NCBI GenBank assembly: GCA_963726195.1
Contig: CAVSBO010000004.1
Coordinates: 256,001 to 320,000 of the forward strand
DNA length: 64,000 nt
Origin: Candidatus Thorarchaeota archaeon
GTDB lineage: Archaea > Asgardarchaeota > Thorarchaeia > Thorarchaeales > Thorarchaeaceae
Direction: 5' to 3'
The notes beneath the pieces are model-generated. The model did no database searches and was not told the DNA's origin. It saw only the letters and a list, made by a program, of their open reading frames with translations. This document shows positions 17,449 to 26,891 of this stretch, piece after piece. Positions within the stretch are counted from its first letter, which is position 1. Each line of letters opens with the position of its first letter. A program made the position numbers and the translations under genes.

Positions 17449-18342
17449 CTAGAGGAAGTCAAGCAAACCGGTCTGGGCAATCATGGTTGCTTCTGGATCC
17501 AAGGAAAGCGTGTAACCGATGAGCTGCTTGATGTCTGTGACTATGAAGGCGGACCCAGTCCTAGTGACCAACAGCGAGCCCTTGACACCCACCACATCTC
17601 CCACAAGATGCTGGGCATTTCTTGAAGCCGCAGAGAACTGCCATGGTCTAGGCGGCGTATCGATTTCGGATAGGCCATAATAAGGAGAGAGATCCTCCAA
17701 GACGAAGCTGGATTCAGAAGAGAGTATGTTGTTGGACTCAAGGAACGAACGTGCAAGGTTGCGGGCTGTTGACAAATCCAGAGAGTGAGTAAACGTCGAA
17801 GCCTTTCTTCCTCTGCGCACCTGCTTGGTTATTCCAGTCAAGTGTCCTATGGATTCCTCAGTCTTTCTTGCGCTCATTCCTCCGTCAGCTGTGGAAATGA
17901 CCCCCGCAAAGTCAGCGCCTTGTTCAAGCCAACGAGTCTTGACTCGACCTAGCGTTGACACGCCAACCTTCAAAGTCTGGTCCTTGAAGACTGCAAGATA
18001 CACTGCATATTGGGAATTCTGACATCTGCTCTTGCGGGTGTCAGAAGCACTACAGATTGCGCCGGTGCAACGAATGCAAGGATCAAGTTGATCCATTGCG
18101 GAACATGGGCCACACCGAAGCCCGTTCATTGGCACTGTTCTGCGTTCTGGACAACGGATGTTGTTGCCTGTTGAATCACGACTGCCAATGCACATCCTAG
18201 GCCCTTCAATCGTCCATGACAGGTGGCTGCCGGAGCGAAGAGAAGTGAACGTGGTGATCTCCCCACTATCGTCCCATGAGGCAATTCCGGGGACGAATTC
18301 GTTCTTGACTGGCGAACGCCATACAATGTCGATGACGAGCAT
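17449..18342 (-). CDS. DUF2797-family Cys-rich protein with C-terminal PIP-box-like motif
   Basis: VYLA...KVGVS...TRWLEQGA, VVGVKGSLL; ends QTGLLDFL. Confidence 0.75.
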   Translation of the reverse strand: MLVIDIVWRSPVKNEFVPGIASWDDSGEITTFTSLRSGSHLSWTIEGPRMCIGSRDSTGNNIRCPERRTVPMNGLRCGPCSAMDQLDPCIRCTGAICSASDTRKSRCQNSQYAVYLAVFKDQTLKVGVSTLGRVKTRWLEQGADFAGVISTADGGMSARKTEESIGHLTGITKQVRRGRKASTFTHSLDLSTARNLARSFLESNNILSSESSFVLEDLSPYYGLSEIDTPPRPWQFSAASRNAQHLVGDVVGVKGSLLVTRTGSAFIVTDIKQLIGYTLSLDPEATMIAQTGLLDFL

Positions 18343-18353
18343 CCTGACAGGCC

Positions 18354-19397
18354 TCAAAACCTTAGAAGGCCAGTACCCTGTCCCATCCATTTCGCGCCAG
18401 AGATATTCAGGTCGTGGCTGCATTTTGGACAGTGTCCGTCGTCTCTTAGGTTGTTCTTCTTCATGTACACAGACCAGCGTTCGACTGCCTTGTAGCCACA
18501 GCTCGGACAGAACGTGTTCTCATAATCATGTCCGGGAATATTGCCTGAGTAGACGAACACGAGGCCTGCATCCTTTGCGACCTTGATATGACGTTCCAGA
18601 GTTGATGCTGGTGTGCTCGGGAGACGAGTCATCTTGTACATCGGGCTGAAGGCTGTGAAGTGTATTGGCGTCAGGGGTCCGAGATTCTCGACCACCCAGC
18701 TTGCCATTGTTCTGGTGTCCTCTTCATGATCCCCGATTTCAGGAATGATGAGGTTCGTGATTTCTATGCACACTCCCTTTTCTTTCAAGTGCGCCAGAGC
18801 ATCGTATATTGGCTCGACCTTCGGGACCGACATGTACGTCTTGTAGAACTCCTTGTTGCCGCTGCCCTTGAAGTCCACGGTGGCCGCGTCCAAGTACGGT
18901 GACATGTAGTCGATTGCCTCGGGGGTCATGTACCCGTTTGTCACGAAAGTGTTGTACATTCCTTCTTCATGAGCTATCTTTGCTGTATCATGGGCAAGCT
19001 CCATGAAGATAGTGGGCTCAGTATATGTGTAGCTTAGGCCTGAACAGTCATAGTGTTTGGCCAAACTCACTATGTCTGCGGGTTCAAGGCTTTCTCCAAC
19101 TGGTGTTTCTCTCTGGGATGAATGATAGTTCAGGCAGAACTGGCAACGGAAATTGCAGGAAGATGTGCTGATAGAGAAGGTCCTAGAGCCGGGGGCAAAG
19201 TGAAACAGCGGTTTCTTCTCAATGGGGTCAGCTGCCATTCCGTCGACGAGACCATACACAATGCTATACAAAACGCCGTTTCTTAATGACCGAACGCGGC
19301 AGAAACCGCTTTCACCCTCTTGAATAACGCAACGCCGAGCACATAGATTGCATCGGACTCCATTCTTCAGCTTCGAATACAGAACTGCCTCTTTCAT
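18354..19397 (-). CDS. amrS: AmmeMemoRadiSam system radical SAM enzyme
   Basis: CNLCARRC, DPIEKKPLFHF, CNFRCQFC, YTYTEP, VTNGY, NTFCPSC. Confidence 0.92.
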   Translation of the reverse strand: MKEAVLYSKLKNGVRCNLCARRCVIQEGESGFCRVRSLRNGVLYSIVYGLVDGMAADPIEKKPLFHFAPGSRTFSISTSSCNFRCQFCLNYHSSQRETPVGESLEPADIVSLAKHYDCSGLSYTYTEPTIFMELAHDTAKIAHEEGMYNTFVTNGYMTPEAIDYMSPYLDAATVDFKGSGNKEFYKTYMSVPKVEPIYDALAHLKEKGVCIEITNLIIPEIGDHEEDTRTMASWVVENLGPLTPIHFTAFSPMYKMTRLPSTPASTLERHIKVAKDAGLVFVYSGNIPGHDYENTFCPSCGYKAVERWSVYMKKNNLRDDGHCPKCSHDLNISGAKWMGQGTGLLRF

Positions 19398-19541
19398 ATC
19401 GACAGCCCGGTTGGGGGCTCGTCTTATGCTTCTTGTGGTGTGAAAGTGTCAAGATTTCGTCCCACCGAGCACTGATGAACGATGGACTGCTGAGGCCGCA
19501 CATCCGGCAGCCGAAGATGACGTCTCGAAAGCTCGCTGGCA

Positions 19542-20999
19542 CTACACTTCTCCTTTTACTGGCTTCTTCAATGACAAGACCAAGGTCTTGCCGTCAACCA
19601 GCTTGGCAATACCGAGTCTCTGGAAGTCTTCAGCCCACTGCATGACGACAGCAGGCGAAACCCCCAAAGACCTTGCAATCTCTCTGACCACAAGCTGCTG
19701 GTTATCTTCCAGCATTAGAAACGCCCGGGTCTTTTCTGTGGATTGCATGAGTCCCAGATAGCCATCGAGTCTCTTCTGGACGTAGGAAAGCGTCTCCAAT
19801 GCCTCCGAATGGTCTGAGTTCAATCTCTGAAGAGATGCGGATGTGCGCTCGAGTTCAGTCTTCACTCTGTCGAGTTCTCGCATCTTGTCGCCTGACTCAT
19901 AGGCTCTTATTCTCGTCTCGAGATCATCTATCTCTGCTAGGCGTTCACGGGACTGGCTCATTCCGTTCGAAAGCTCCTCAATCCGGGTAAGGGCATCCTG
20001 CAGGTTAAGTTCAGTCCTTGCAAGGTCAGAGGCATACTGCTTTGCCTTTCCCTCCAATTCGTCATTTCTCTTGTTAGATTCGTCGAGCTTGCCTTCAAGA
20101 ACCTCCTGAGAAGCCTCGAGGGCCCGGATGTTCTGCCTGAGCTCTACCATGGTTGCCGAGTCAGTCATTGGGCCAGAACGTAGGCGTACTACGCTATCCT
20201 CTAGATCGTCACTTCGAGCCTTTGTCTCTGACAGTTCCTGCTGCAGTGCATAGACTTCGCTTTCCCGGTTCTTTACTTTCTGCTCGGAGAGATCAAGATC
20301 CCTCTGTAGTTCCTCGATTTGCCGCTGCATGGTCTTAATGTCTTCAGCGACCTCTTTGGGAACCTCTGGGCGCGGCTTCATGGTCAGTTCCTTCGCTAGA
20401 AACTCAACCTCGGTCGTGGTTCTCTGTGTCAGGTCGTCCAGACTCGCTTTCAGGTTGGTCAATTCCTCTGTAGCCAGTTTCGCTGACCCCTTCAAGCCCT
20501 CAGTCAGCTCACGTAGTTTCTCAAGTATGGGCGAGGCCATGTCGGCCGTGAGCGTTGATTCTATCTTACCAAACGACTCGTCGACTATCTGCCTCACTTC
20601 ATGGTCGACGTACGAAGACTGCAAGTTCGTTTTTGCTCCCTGCTTGCTTCTGGTCACGATGTTCTCTTTCAGGGAGACCAGATTGCCTTTGAGACCCACT
20701 AGGAATGATAGCACAACGGGGACCAGGTCTCTCTCTACATGGTCAATGACTCCATCGATTGTTGTCATGTCACGCTCGATTAGGTGAAGGCTATCCTGAA
20801 CTCGTTCTGCGCTCTTCTCAATCTCTATCTGTCTTCGTACCTGTTCTGCCGACTCAATCTTGAAGATATCTTTTGACAGCCTTCCTGAATCAATCAGCTT
20901 GCGTTTCATGCTTTCGTCGACGCCCATCTCAACCAAGAGCTTGTCAATCATCTCGCCTTCGTCGCTGGGAGGAGCCTCTTTTTTCGGAGTCTTTGACAT
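19542..20999 (-). CDS. Long coiled-coil protein with C-terminal winged helix/HTH
   Basis: Extensive heptads; C-terminal VVREIARSLGVSPAVV...RLGIAKL. Confidence 0.75.
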   Translation of the reverse strand: MSKTPKKEAPPSDEGEMIDKLLVEMGVDESMKRKLIDSGRLSKDIFKIESAEQVRRQIEIEKSAERVQDSLHLIERDMTTIDGVIDHVERDLVPVVLSFLVGLKGNLVSLKENIVTRSKQGAKTNLQSSYVDHEVRQIVDESFGKIESTLTADMASPILEKLRELTEGLKGSAKLATEELTNLKASLDDLTQRTTTEVEFLAKELTMKPRPEVPKEVAEDIKTMQRQIEELQRDLDLSEQKVKNRESEVYALQQELSETKARSDDLEDSVVRLRSGPMTDSATMVELRQNIRALEASQEVLEGKLDESNKRNDELEGKAKQYASDLARTELNLQDALTRIEELSNGMSQSRERLAEIDDLETRIRAYESGDKMRELDRVKTELERTSASLQRLNSDHSEALETLSYVQKRLDGYLGLMQSTEKTRAFLMLEDNQQLVVREIARSLGVSPAVVMQWAEDFQRLGIAKLVDGKTLVLSLKKPVKGEV

Positions 21000-21111
21000 T
21001 GTTAGGCCTCGCGGTCTTCAATCAGTCTCAAGTGACTGCTCTTGTGATGCTTGACAATACATAAATCTATTCGCGCGGTGGACAGGTCACTCATAATCGG
21101 TCGAGCCATCC

Positions 21112-21934
21112 ATGAGACTCCTAATAGAGATGCAGGCGAACGTCCATAACAGGGCTTCTTCGCGAATGCACGAGGGCAGAATGATATGGCATCTCTTCAC
21201 GGACATGGCCAATCAGTTTGTACATGCGATTGATGTCTTTCCTCCAGCACGTGTTATTGAGAAAGCTGAGAGAAACATGGTCGCCCTGATGAAGGTCCCG
21301 GGAGCTCAGTTCCGGAGAAAGCTTCTCTCCTAGCGTGGTTCTGCGTATTGACACAACTTCGCGGGACTGGCTGATGGAGGCGCAGCCGACCCCTGAGAAT
21401 GTCATTGCACGGGTTCGAGGCACCTATTCTGGAATGCAGAGGTACTGGGAGACAAACGACGTCACAGTGCAGCACATGTGCGGTGAGATTGCTGAAAGGA
21501 GTAACGGTGACGAATCCTATGCAAGACTTGCAGTGCGGGCCGTCAGGGAAAGGGTGAAGCTGAAAACGAACTTGGATGAAAGGCGTGGTGCAGCCAGGGC
21601 TGCAAAAGAGAAGGAAGGAGACTGTGACGAGCATGCGGACTTGTTCATTGCCTTGACGAGGGCGGCGAAGATACCTTCTCGAAGAGTCGTTGGTCACTAC
21701 CTCAGAAATGGTCCAAATCCTGAACCACATGCATGGTGTGAAGTCTTCCTGAAAGATCACGGTTGGGTGCCAGTCGACCCTGCGCTGAACCGTTTCGGAA
21801 TGCTCACGGAGAGCTATTTCTCCCGCGTACGAGAGGGCCTGACTTCAGAGCGGCCCACGATTCAGCTCAAATGGAACACTGTCGCGTCAAACGCACCAAG
21901 CATAGACGAGACCGTTAAGATGTCGGTGATTTGA
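21112..21934 (+). CDS. Transglutaminase-like cysteine protease (frameshift at ~21300)
   Basis: GDCDEHA, HAWCEV, WVPVDP triad motifs. Removing one G joins 21112..21333 to 21335..21934 (PELSSGESFSPSVV). Confidence 0.85.
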
Positions 21935-21945
21935 ACGGGTCCGAC

Positions 21946-22677
21946 CTAGGCATCCTCAATCAGTCCTAACGCTCTGAGGTTTACGAAAAGCTCTGCACCA
22001 AATTGCCAACAAGAATGCGCATCGAAGATGCAGCACATGACTCTCGGCAAGAGCGGCGCCTCAAATGCGCTCCTTAGCGTTGACGCAAGATGGTGCGCCA
22101 TCATTTCGCCGTAGGCTGACACCTGGGGTAGCGACTCAAGAAACCTGTTTTGTGCAGAATCCAGAGGCCCGGGCTTGTAGTCACACACTTGGATATGGCC
22201 ATCGACGAAACGAAGCAGGTCTATGTGCCCTGACAGACGGTACTGGTCCGACCATACGGGAACCTCCACCGCGATTGTGAGAGGGTCGTCATGAATGAAT
22301 CGCTGGACGATGCTGTGGTCTGCACTATAGTTCACGCTTTTGACAGCTCGATGATAGTCCCGGATTATGGATACCAAGTCGCTCTCTGACTTGCTCTTTA
22401 CCAGACCGCGTTTCATGAGTCTGGTCCGAAGCCCAACTCTTGAAGCAGGCGGCATCTTTGACAGCCGCAATGATGAAGCACGTGTATAGAATGGATTCGA
22501 AAACGGAGTTGCTGGCATCTTCCCGGAGCATACTGTTGACAAGTGCGCCCAGAGAGATGCCAAGTCGCCTTCCAAGTGACCGAGCTTCTGATGATTGGAG
22601 CGATTCCACTGGAAATTGTACGCTATTGGTCCCTGACGAAACTCCTTTCGGACAATCTCATTCGGTGGCTCGGTCAT
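21946..22677 (-). CDS. PD-(D/E)XK (RecB-type) nuclease
   Basis: AVEVPV, GHIDLL, CDYKP, QVSAY. Confidence 0.8.
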   Translation of the reverse strand: MTEPPNEIVRKEFRQGPIAYNFQWNRSNHQKLGHLEGDLASLWAHLSTVCSGKMPATPFSNPFYTRASSLRLSKMPPASRVGLRTRLMKRGLVKSKSESDLVSIIRDYHRAVKSVNYSADHSIVQRFIHDDPLTIAVEVPVWSDQYRLSGHIDLLRFVDGHIQVCDYKPGPLDSAQNRFLESLPQVSAYGEMMAHHLASTLRSAFEAPLLPRVMCCIFDAHSCWQFGAELFVNLRALGLIEDA

Positions 22678-22805
22678 GTTCTAGGCAGAGGATACCACTG
22701 CGGTTCTTTTTAATTCATTGACCGGCGAGAGAGGAGGCATCGTCCATGGGCATGAATAGGCTATCATAGTCAACTATGAACGGCTCAGCCTGCCAATTTG
22801 GATAT

Positions 22806-22846
22806 GAAAAGGAAGACCGGGCGGGCCGAAGTGACCCTCTCCCGGA
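22806..22846 (-). terminator. Putative terminator
   Basis: CCGGG...CCCGG stem followed by TCTTCCTTTTC on the minus strand after the 22849 stop. Confidence 0.5.
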
Positions 22847-22848
22847 CT

Positions 22849-23643
22849 CTAGTTCTGTTGACCTTGCTCGAGGGCCGCGTCTTCCATTAGTTGGACAATC
22901 CAGTCAAGATCCTTTTCCAGAATACCTTCGCCGCCCTTGTAGACCATCAGTGAGCCGACCTCAGCGTTCACAGACGTTGTAAGCAGGGCTCCACTTGGGT
23001 ATGGGAATGTTCCTCTGAATCTGGTTATTTGACCTTTGTACCTTCGAGTGTACATGCCTATGTCTTCTTCTCGCTGTATGCCTTGCCCTCTGAACTCAGC
23101 TTGAGTGATGTTTCCTTTTTCCACTCCGGTCAGGAGGACTGAGGCTATGTCGGTCGCGCCATTGTACAGCTTCATCGTACCGCCGTTCAGATTCAATGGA
23201 GTGATTTTCGCTCCAGTCATCTCTTCAAACATGCTCCTGAACTTGCGAGCAATGCGTTCCGAGCCTCTGACTTCGATTGTGCCGCGGTCTAGCTTGATCA
23301 AAGCCGCGCCCCTGTCGACACTCACATAGTGAACGGGTGTCAGTGCTCCATCCTTGCCTAAGGTCAGGACTGGAACTCTGAATCCTGCGGCGAAGTCTGC
23401 AAAGACGCTCTTCGCCGTGGATGTCACGTTCGCGAAGCCCGCTTCAATCGAATTGGGGTTCTTTGGGCTGTACGGAGAAGCTTTCAGCATGGTCGCAATC
23501 TGACTTGCAGTCAAGTCAACGCCCTTGTGCTTGAAGAGCTTGATTGACATTCCCATGCCTCTGGTCCGAATGAGATTACCGCCTTTGGCGGATGCACTCT
23601 TGGTGGGAGCCGCCTTGGTCGCTGTCACCTTCTTCTTACTCAA
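22849..23643 (-). CDS. Hypothetical protein with Lys/Ala/Thr-rich N-terminal tail
   Basis: 264-aa ORF, GAGGA upstream, downstream terminator. Confidence 0.75.
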   Translation of the reverse strand: MSKKKVTATKAAPTKSASAKGGNLIRTRGMGMSIKLFKHKGVDLTASQIATMLKASPYSPKNPNSIEAGFANVTSTAKSVFADFAAGFRVPVLTLGKDGALTPVHYVSVDRGAALIKLDRGTIEVRGSERIARKFRSMFEEMTGAKITPLNLNGGTMKLYNGATDIASVLLTGVEKGNITQAEFRGQGIQREEDIGMYTRRYKGQITRFRGTFPYPSGALLTTSVNAEVGSLMVYKGGEGILEKDLDWIVQLMEDAALEQGQQN

Positions 23644-23892
23644 TTTCCAGTCTTCCTCATCTCTCGTTATGAACTGAAGTCAGTCACAACTGACCTCAAT
23701 TTCCAGTGGAGTAACTGCATCCCTCAATATAAGATGAATGTCAAACCTAGGTAATACCTCCGTATTTCAGAAAACAATACACTCATACCCACTGGCATAT
23801 GAGATTCACTACGAGCATTTCCGGAAGGTCACAAGTGGGCCCTGAGTTTGGCGCCAATTGCAGCTCTGCCCAAGGCGCTTGTTTGATCCGAA

Positions 23893-25266
23893 TCATTCGT
23901 CTGACTGATGCGAGTCGGTTGCTTCATCTCTGTCCGTCTCAGAATGCAGTGGACGGGTCTTGAGATTCCTTCTGAATTTGTATGTCTGTGTGGAGAAGAC
24001 CACGATTATTGCTAAGGACCCGATAGTTATGATAGCCGATATCATGTTCATGGGCAAGGCCGCTTGCTGGCCGCTCTGTCCAGTGCTCCACTTCTCTTCA
24101 GTGCCCCACGAGCCCTCCGGCCATGGCCAGTTTGGAGTCCACTTCGTCAAGAATACATGGTTGTAGTAGCTATCGACCTTCACTAAACCTGACCAAGATT
24201 GCACAATCGCCCACAATCGAATCTTGTAGGAGCTGACAGTAAAGTTGGGCATCCACACGTAAGCATCACCTGAGTAGCCTGGCCGGCTTGCAACAATGGA
24301 CATATCGATGGCCCGAAGAGAGCAATCGAAACGGTAGTCGAACCATGTCGTGGCATCTGTGTAGACAACCGGACCGTACCAGTCAAAGACGGGCGTCTCA
24401 TTGTCTTGGTAACACGACACTGTCATATTATGGATTCCGCAGAGTCTCAGAGCCGTTCCCGTATGATTGCCATCATAGAGCGCAACGTATTGGATGAAAC
24501 CGCCCGCCGAATTCTCCTCTGTCAGGTTCTTCCAGCCACCTGTAGCTTGAATACGAAACCCTGCGGCACCAGAGCTGTTGAACGTTCTCTTCGTCTCGAA
24601 CATGTAGCCCGAAGTTGAGTACGAAGCATTTGATTCCGCGTGAACATGCAGCTCGCCGCTGGCTAAGTCATAAGAATGAACTTGAGAGCTCTTACCATAC
24701 TCGTTGAAGTTCCACTTGTTTAGGCCGCCTGTAAAATCGTCGAAGAAGGTGAATGTTGCATTTCCGTTGCTGGTGCTCGTAGCTGCCACGTTGCAATAGT
24801 AGACGTAGATAGTTGCTAGAGAGTCGAGATTGTCGGCCACCTGCACCCAGAAGAGAGCGTTGTCGTACGGAACTGATTCCTGTCTCCAATAGTGCAGAAG
24901 AGTGACACCATCATCATCCGTGAAGCGAATGTCGTCGAAATTCGGCTTGCAGAGGCTGTTGCAGTACATGTCTCGATTCGAATCGTTACCGGCGCCGTAG
25001 TGGACAGTGACCGCAACCTGGTAGTTGGCGCTCGCGCCTGCAGCCCCAGTTATGTTATGAGCCTTCCTGAAGTACCATCCGTAGAGCCACGAAGATGATT
25101 GAGCCTGGCGGACATCGTATTCGGCCCAACCGCTCTTGCCGCAGTATAACAGGTGTGCTCCGGTCTGGACCGGCAGAAGGGCTGCATATTGCATTAGCAT
25201 AATCAAGGTCACGATAACCATGAGAAAATGCCGACTACTCAATTCTCCAGACCACATATAACACAC
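23893..25266 (-). CDS. DUF2341 domain cell-surface protein
   Basis: N-terminal hydrophobic segment; WxxRK, DIRFTDDDG..LHYW, FWVQV, IYVYY, TFTFFDDF; C-terminal TM anchor. Confidence 0.85.
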   Translation of the reverse strand: MCYMWSGELSSRHFLMVIVTLIMLMQYAALLPVQTGAHLLYCGKSGWAEYDVRQAQSSSWLYGWYFRKAHNITGAAGASANYQVAVTVHYGAGNDSNRDMYCNSLCKPNFDDIRFTDDDGVTLLHYWRQESVPYDNALFWVQVADNLDSLATIYVYYCNVAATSTSNGNATFTFFDDFTGGLNKWNFNEYGKSSQVHSYDLASGELHVHAESNASYSTSGYMFETKRTFNSSGAAGFRIQATGGWKNLTEENSAGGFIQYVALYDGNHTGTALRLCGIHNMTVSCYQDNETPVFDWYGPVVYTDATTWFDYRFDCSLRAIDMSIVASRPGYSGDAYVWMPNFTVSSYKIRLWAIVQSWSGLVKVDSYYNHVFLTKWTPNWPWPEGSWGTEEKWSTGQSGQQAALPMNMISAIITIGSLAIIVVFSTQTYKFRRNLKTRPLHSETDRDEATDSHQSDE

Positions 25267-25464
25267 TCACCGCTCCAAGAACGGGCCATGCGAACGCAGT
25301 ATCTCGTTCAAAGGCATCATATTAAACCCTTGTCCAGTCTTCTGGAATCCCGATCAAAGCGGCGCCGCTGATTCAAACCATGAATGTCCTTGGAGTCACG
25401 TATGCAGACTCGCTTCGCTGAGTACTTATAGCGGAATTCTCAAAATGTGAGAGAAGGGTTCAAC

Positions 25465-26890
25465 ATGACCGTGGTCCAAGCATCAAGGATTCATCCTCTT
25501 TTTGACGCACTCGAGGCCATTGTGGGTGATGGAAGAGTGAGTGACAACCCGGTGATTGTGTCCGCATATAGTAAGGACGCGTGTCACCTAACTGCTGAGC
25601 GGCCTGGGGTTGTCGTGATGCCGAATAGTGTCGAAGAGGTACAGGCGATCGTCAATCTGTGTCGTGAGACCAAAAGCCCCTTAGTTCCAGCTGGAGGACG
25701 CAATGGCATATGCGGTGCGTGCTTGCCGCGAGTCGAGAATGCAGTCATGCTGGACATGGTCAAGATGGACAGGATTGTGAACATCGACGAGGACGTCATG
25801 ACGGTGACGGTCGAGGCGGGTCTCCGCTGGGCAGAACTTATCCATCGACTTGATGAGAAAGGGTACAAACTTGGATTCCGCGGCCCTTACGGAGGAAATG
25901 TGGGTACTGTTGGCGGCTCGACGAGCATCAACAGCATAGGTTATGCAGCCTCAAAGTATGGACCTTCCGCAGAAGGTGTTGTGTCGCTCGAGGTAGTTCT
26001 TGCAAATGGCGAGGTTATCCGGACAGGCACGGGCTGGAACAAGTCTGCCAAGCTGTTTGCACGGTACTCCACTTACAATGACTTGACGGGATTGTTTCTC
26101 GGTGATAGCGGGACGCTCGGTGTTAAGACAAAGGTGACTCTGAAGGTATATCCCAAGGCTGAGCATATAGTCTACGGCGATTTCGGCTTCAAGACCCTCG
26201 AAGATTCGGCGGCAGTATTCCTAGATGTACAGAAAAGAGGGCTCACTGAAGAACTGAACCTTCTTGCAGATCGTCAGTCAACTGACACTTTCTTCCCGGG
26301 CTTCCTCGACAGTCACAAGGAAGTCAACTCCATGTTCGCTTCAATCGTCCAAGAGACGGACGAGCAGCTTGCCGCTAGAAAGATGGAAATTGTCCGTGAG
26401 ATTGCATTGAAGCACAACGGAGTGGACCTAGGTAACTTCGCATCACGGATGCACTGGACTGAAATGTTCAACCTTGTGCAGCCGCTCTACAACAACGGGT
26501 TCTGGCTGAACACGTGCCACTTGAGGCCCATCACTTCGATTCCTGAGCTCATGAAACGTTGCTGGAAGATATTCGAGAAGAACAAGCTTCTCAATAATGG
26601 AATCAAGTGGATAGCGAGTTGTCTCGGTGCAGATCGGGCTTATGCAACTGGCTGGGTTACTCTGTTCGTACCCGACCGCACCAAGATGGACCTTGGTTCT
26701 CAAGGCGTGGAACGAGATACTCGATGCAATCATCGACACGGGTGGTTGCCCCTATTGGAACGGGCTGCTATGGGAGAACCGGGCTCTGAAGCAGACTAAC
26801 CCCGCATTCTTGGAGGCATATAGGGCCATCAAGAACGCGCTTGATCCCGACAACATTCTTGCTCCGGAGGTATTCACGGGGGTGCAATAG
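25465..26890 (+). CDS. FAD-linked oxidoreductase (GlcD/D-lactate dehydrogenase/alkyl-DHAP synthase family), frameshift at ~26691
   Basis: VVMPNSVEEV, TVEAG, TVGG, SLEVVLANGEV, GDSGTLGV; C-terminal IKNALDPDNILAP in the shifted frame. Confidence 0.88.
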
Positions 26891-26891
26891 G

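Noticed and set aside
19542-20999. SMC/Rad50 call
   Set aside because: No Walker A/B, signature or hinge/hook motifs.
21112-21934. Stop-codon readthrough (Pyl/Sec) or programmed frameshifting for split genes
   Set aside because: The halves lie in different frames, no canonical slippery heptamers are evident, and the indels affect unrelated genes.
21946-22677. Cas4 assignment
   Set aside because: RecB-type motifs are present but the four-Cys Fe-S pattern is missing, and there is no CRISPR context.
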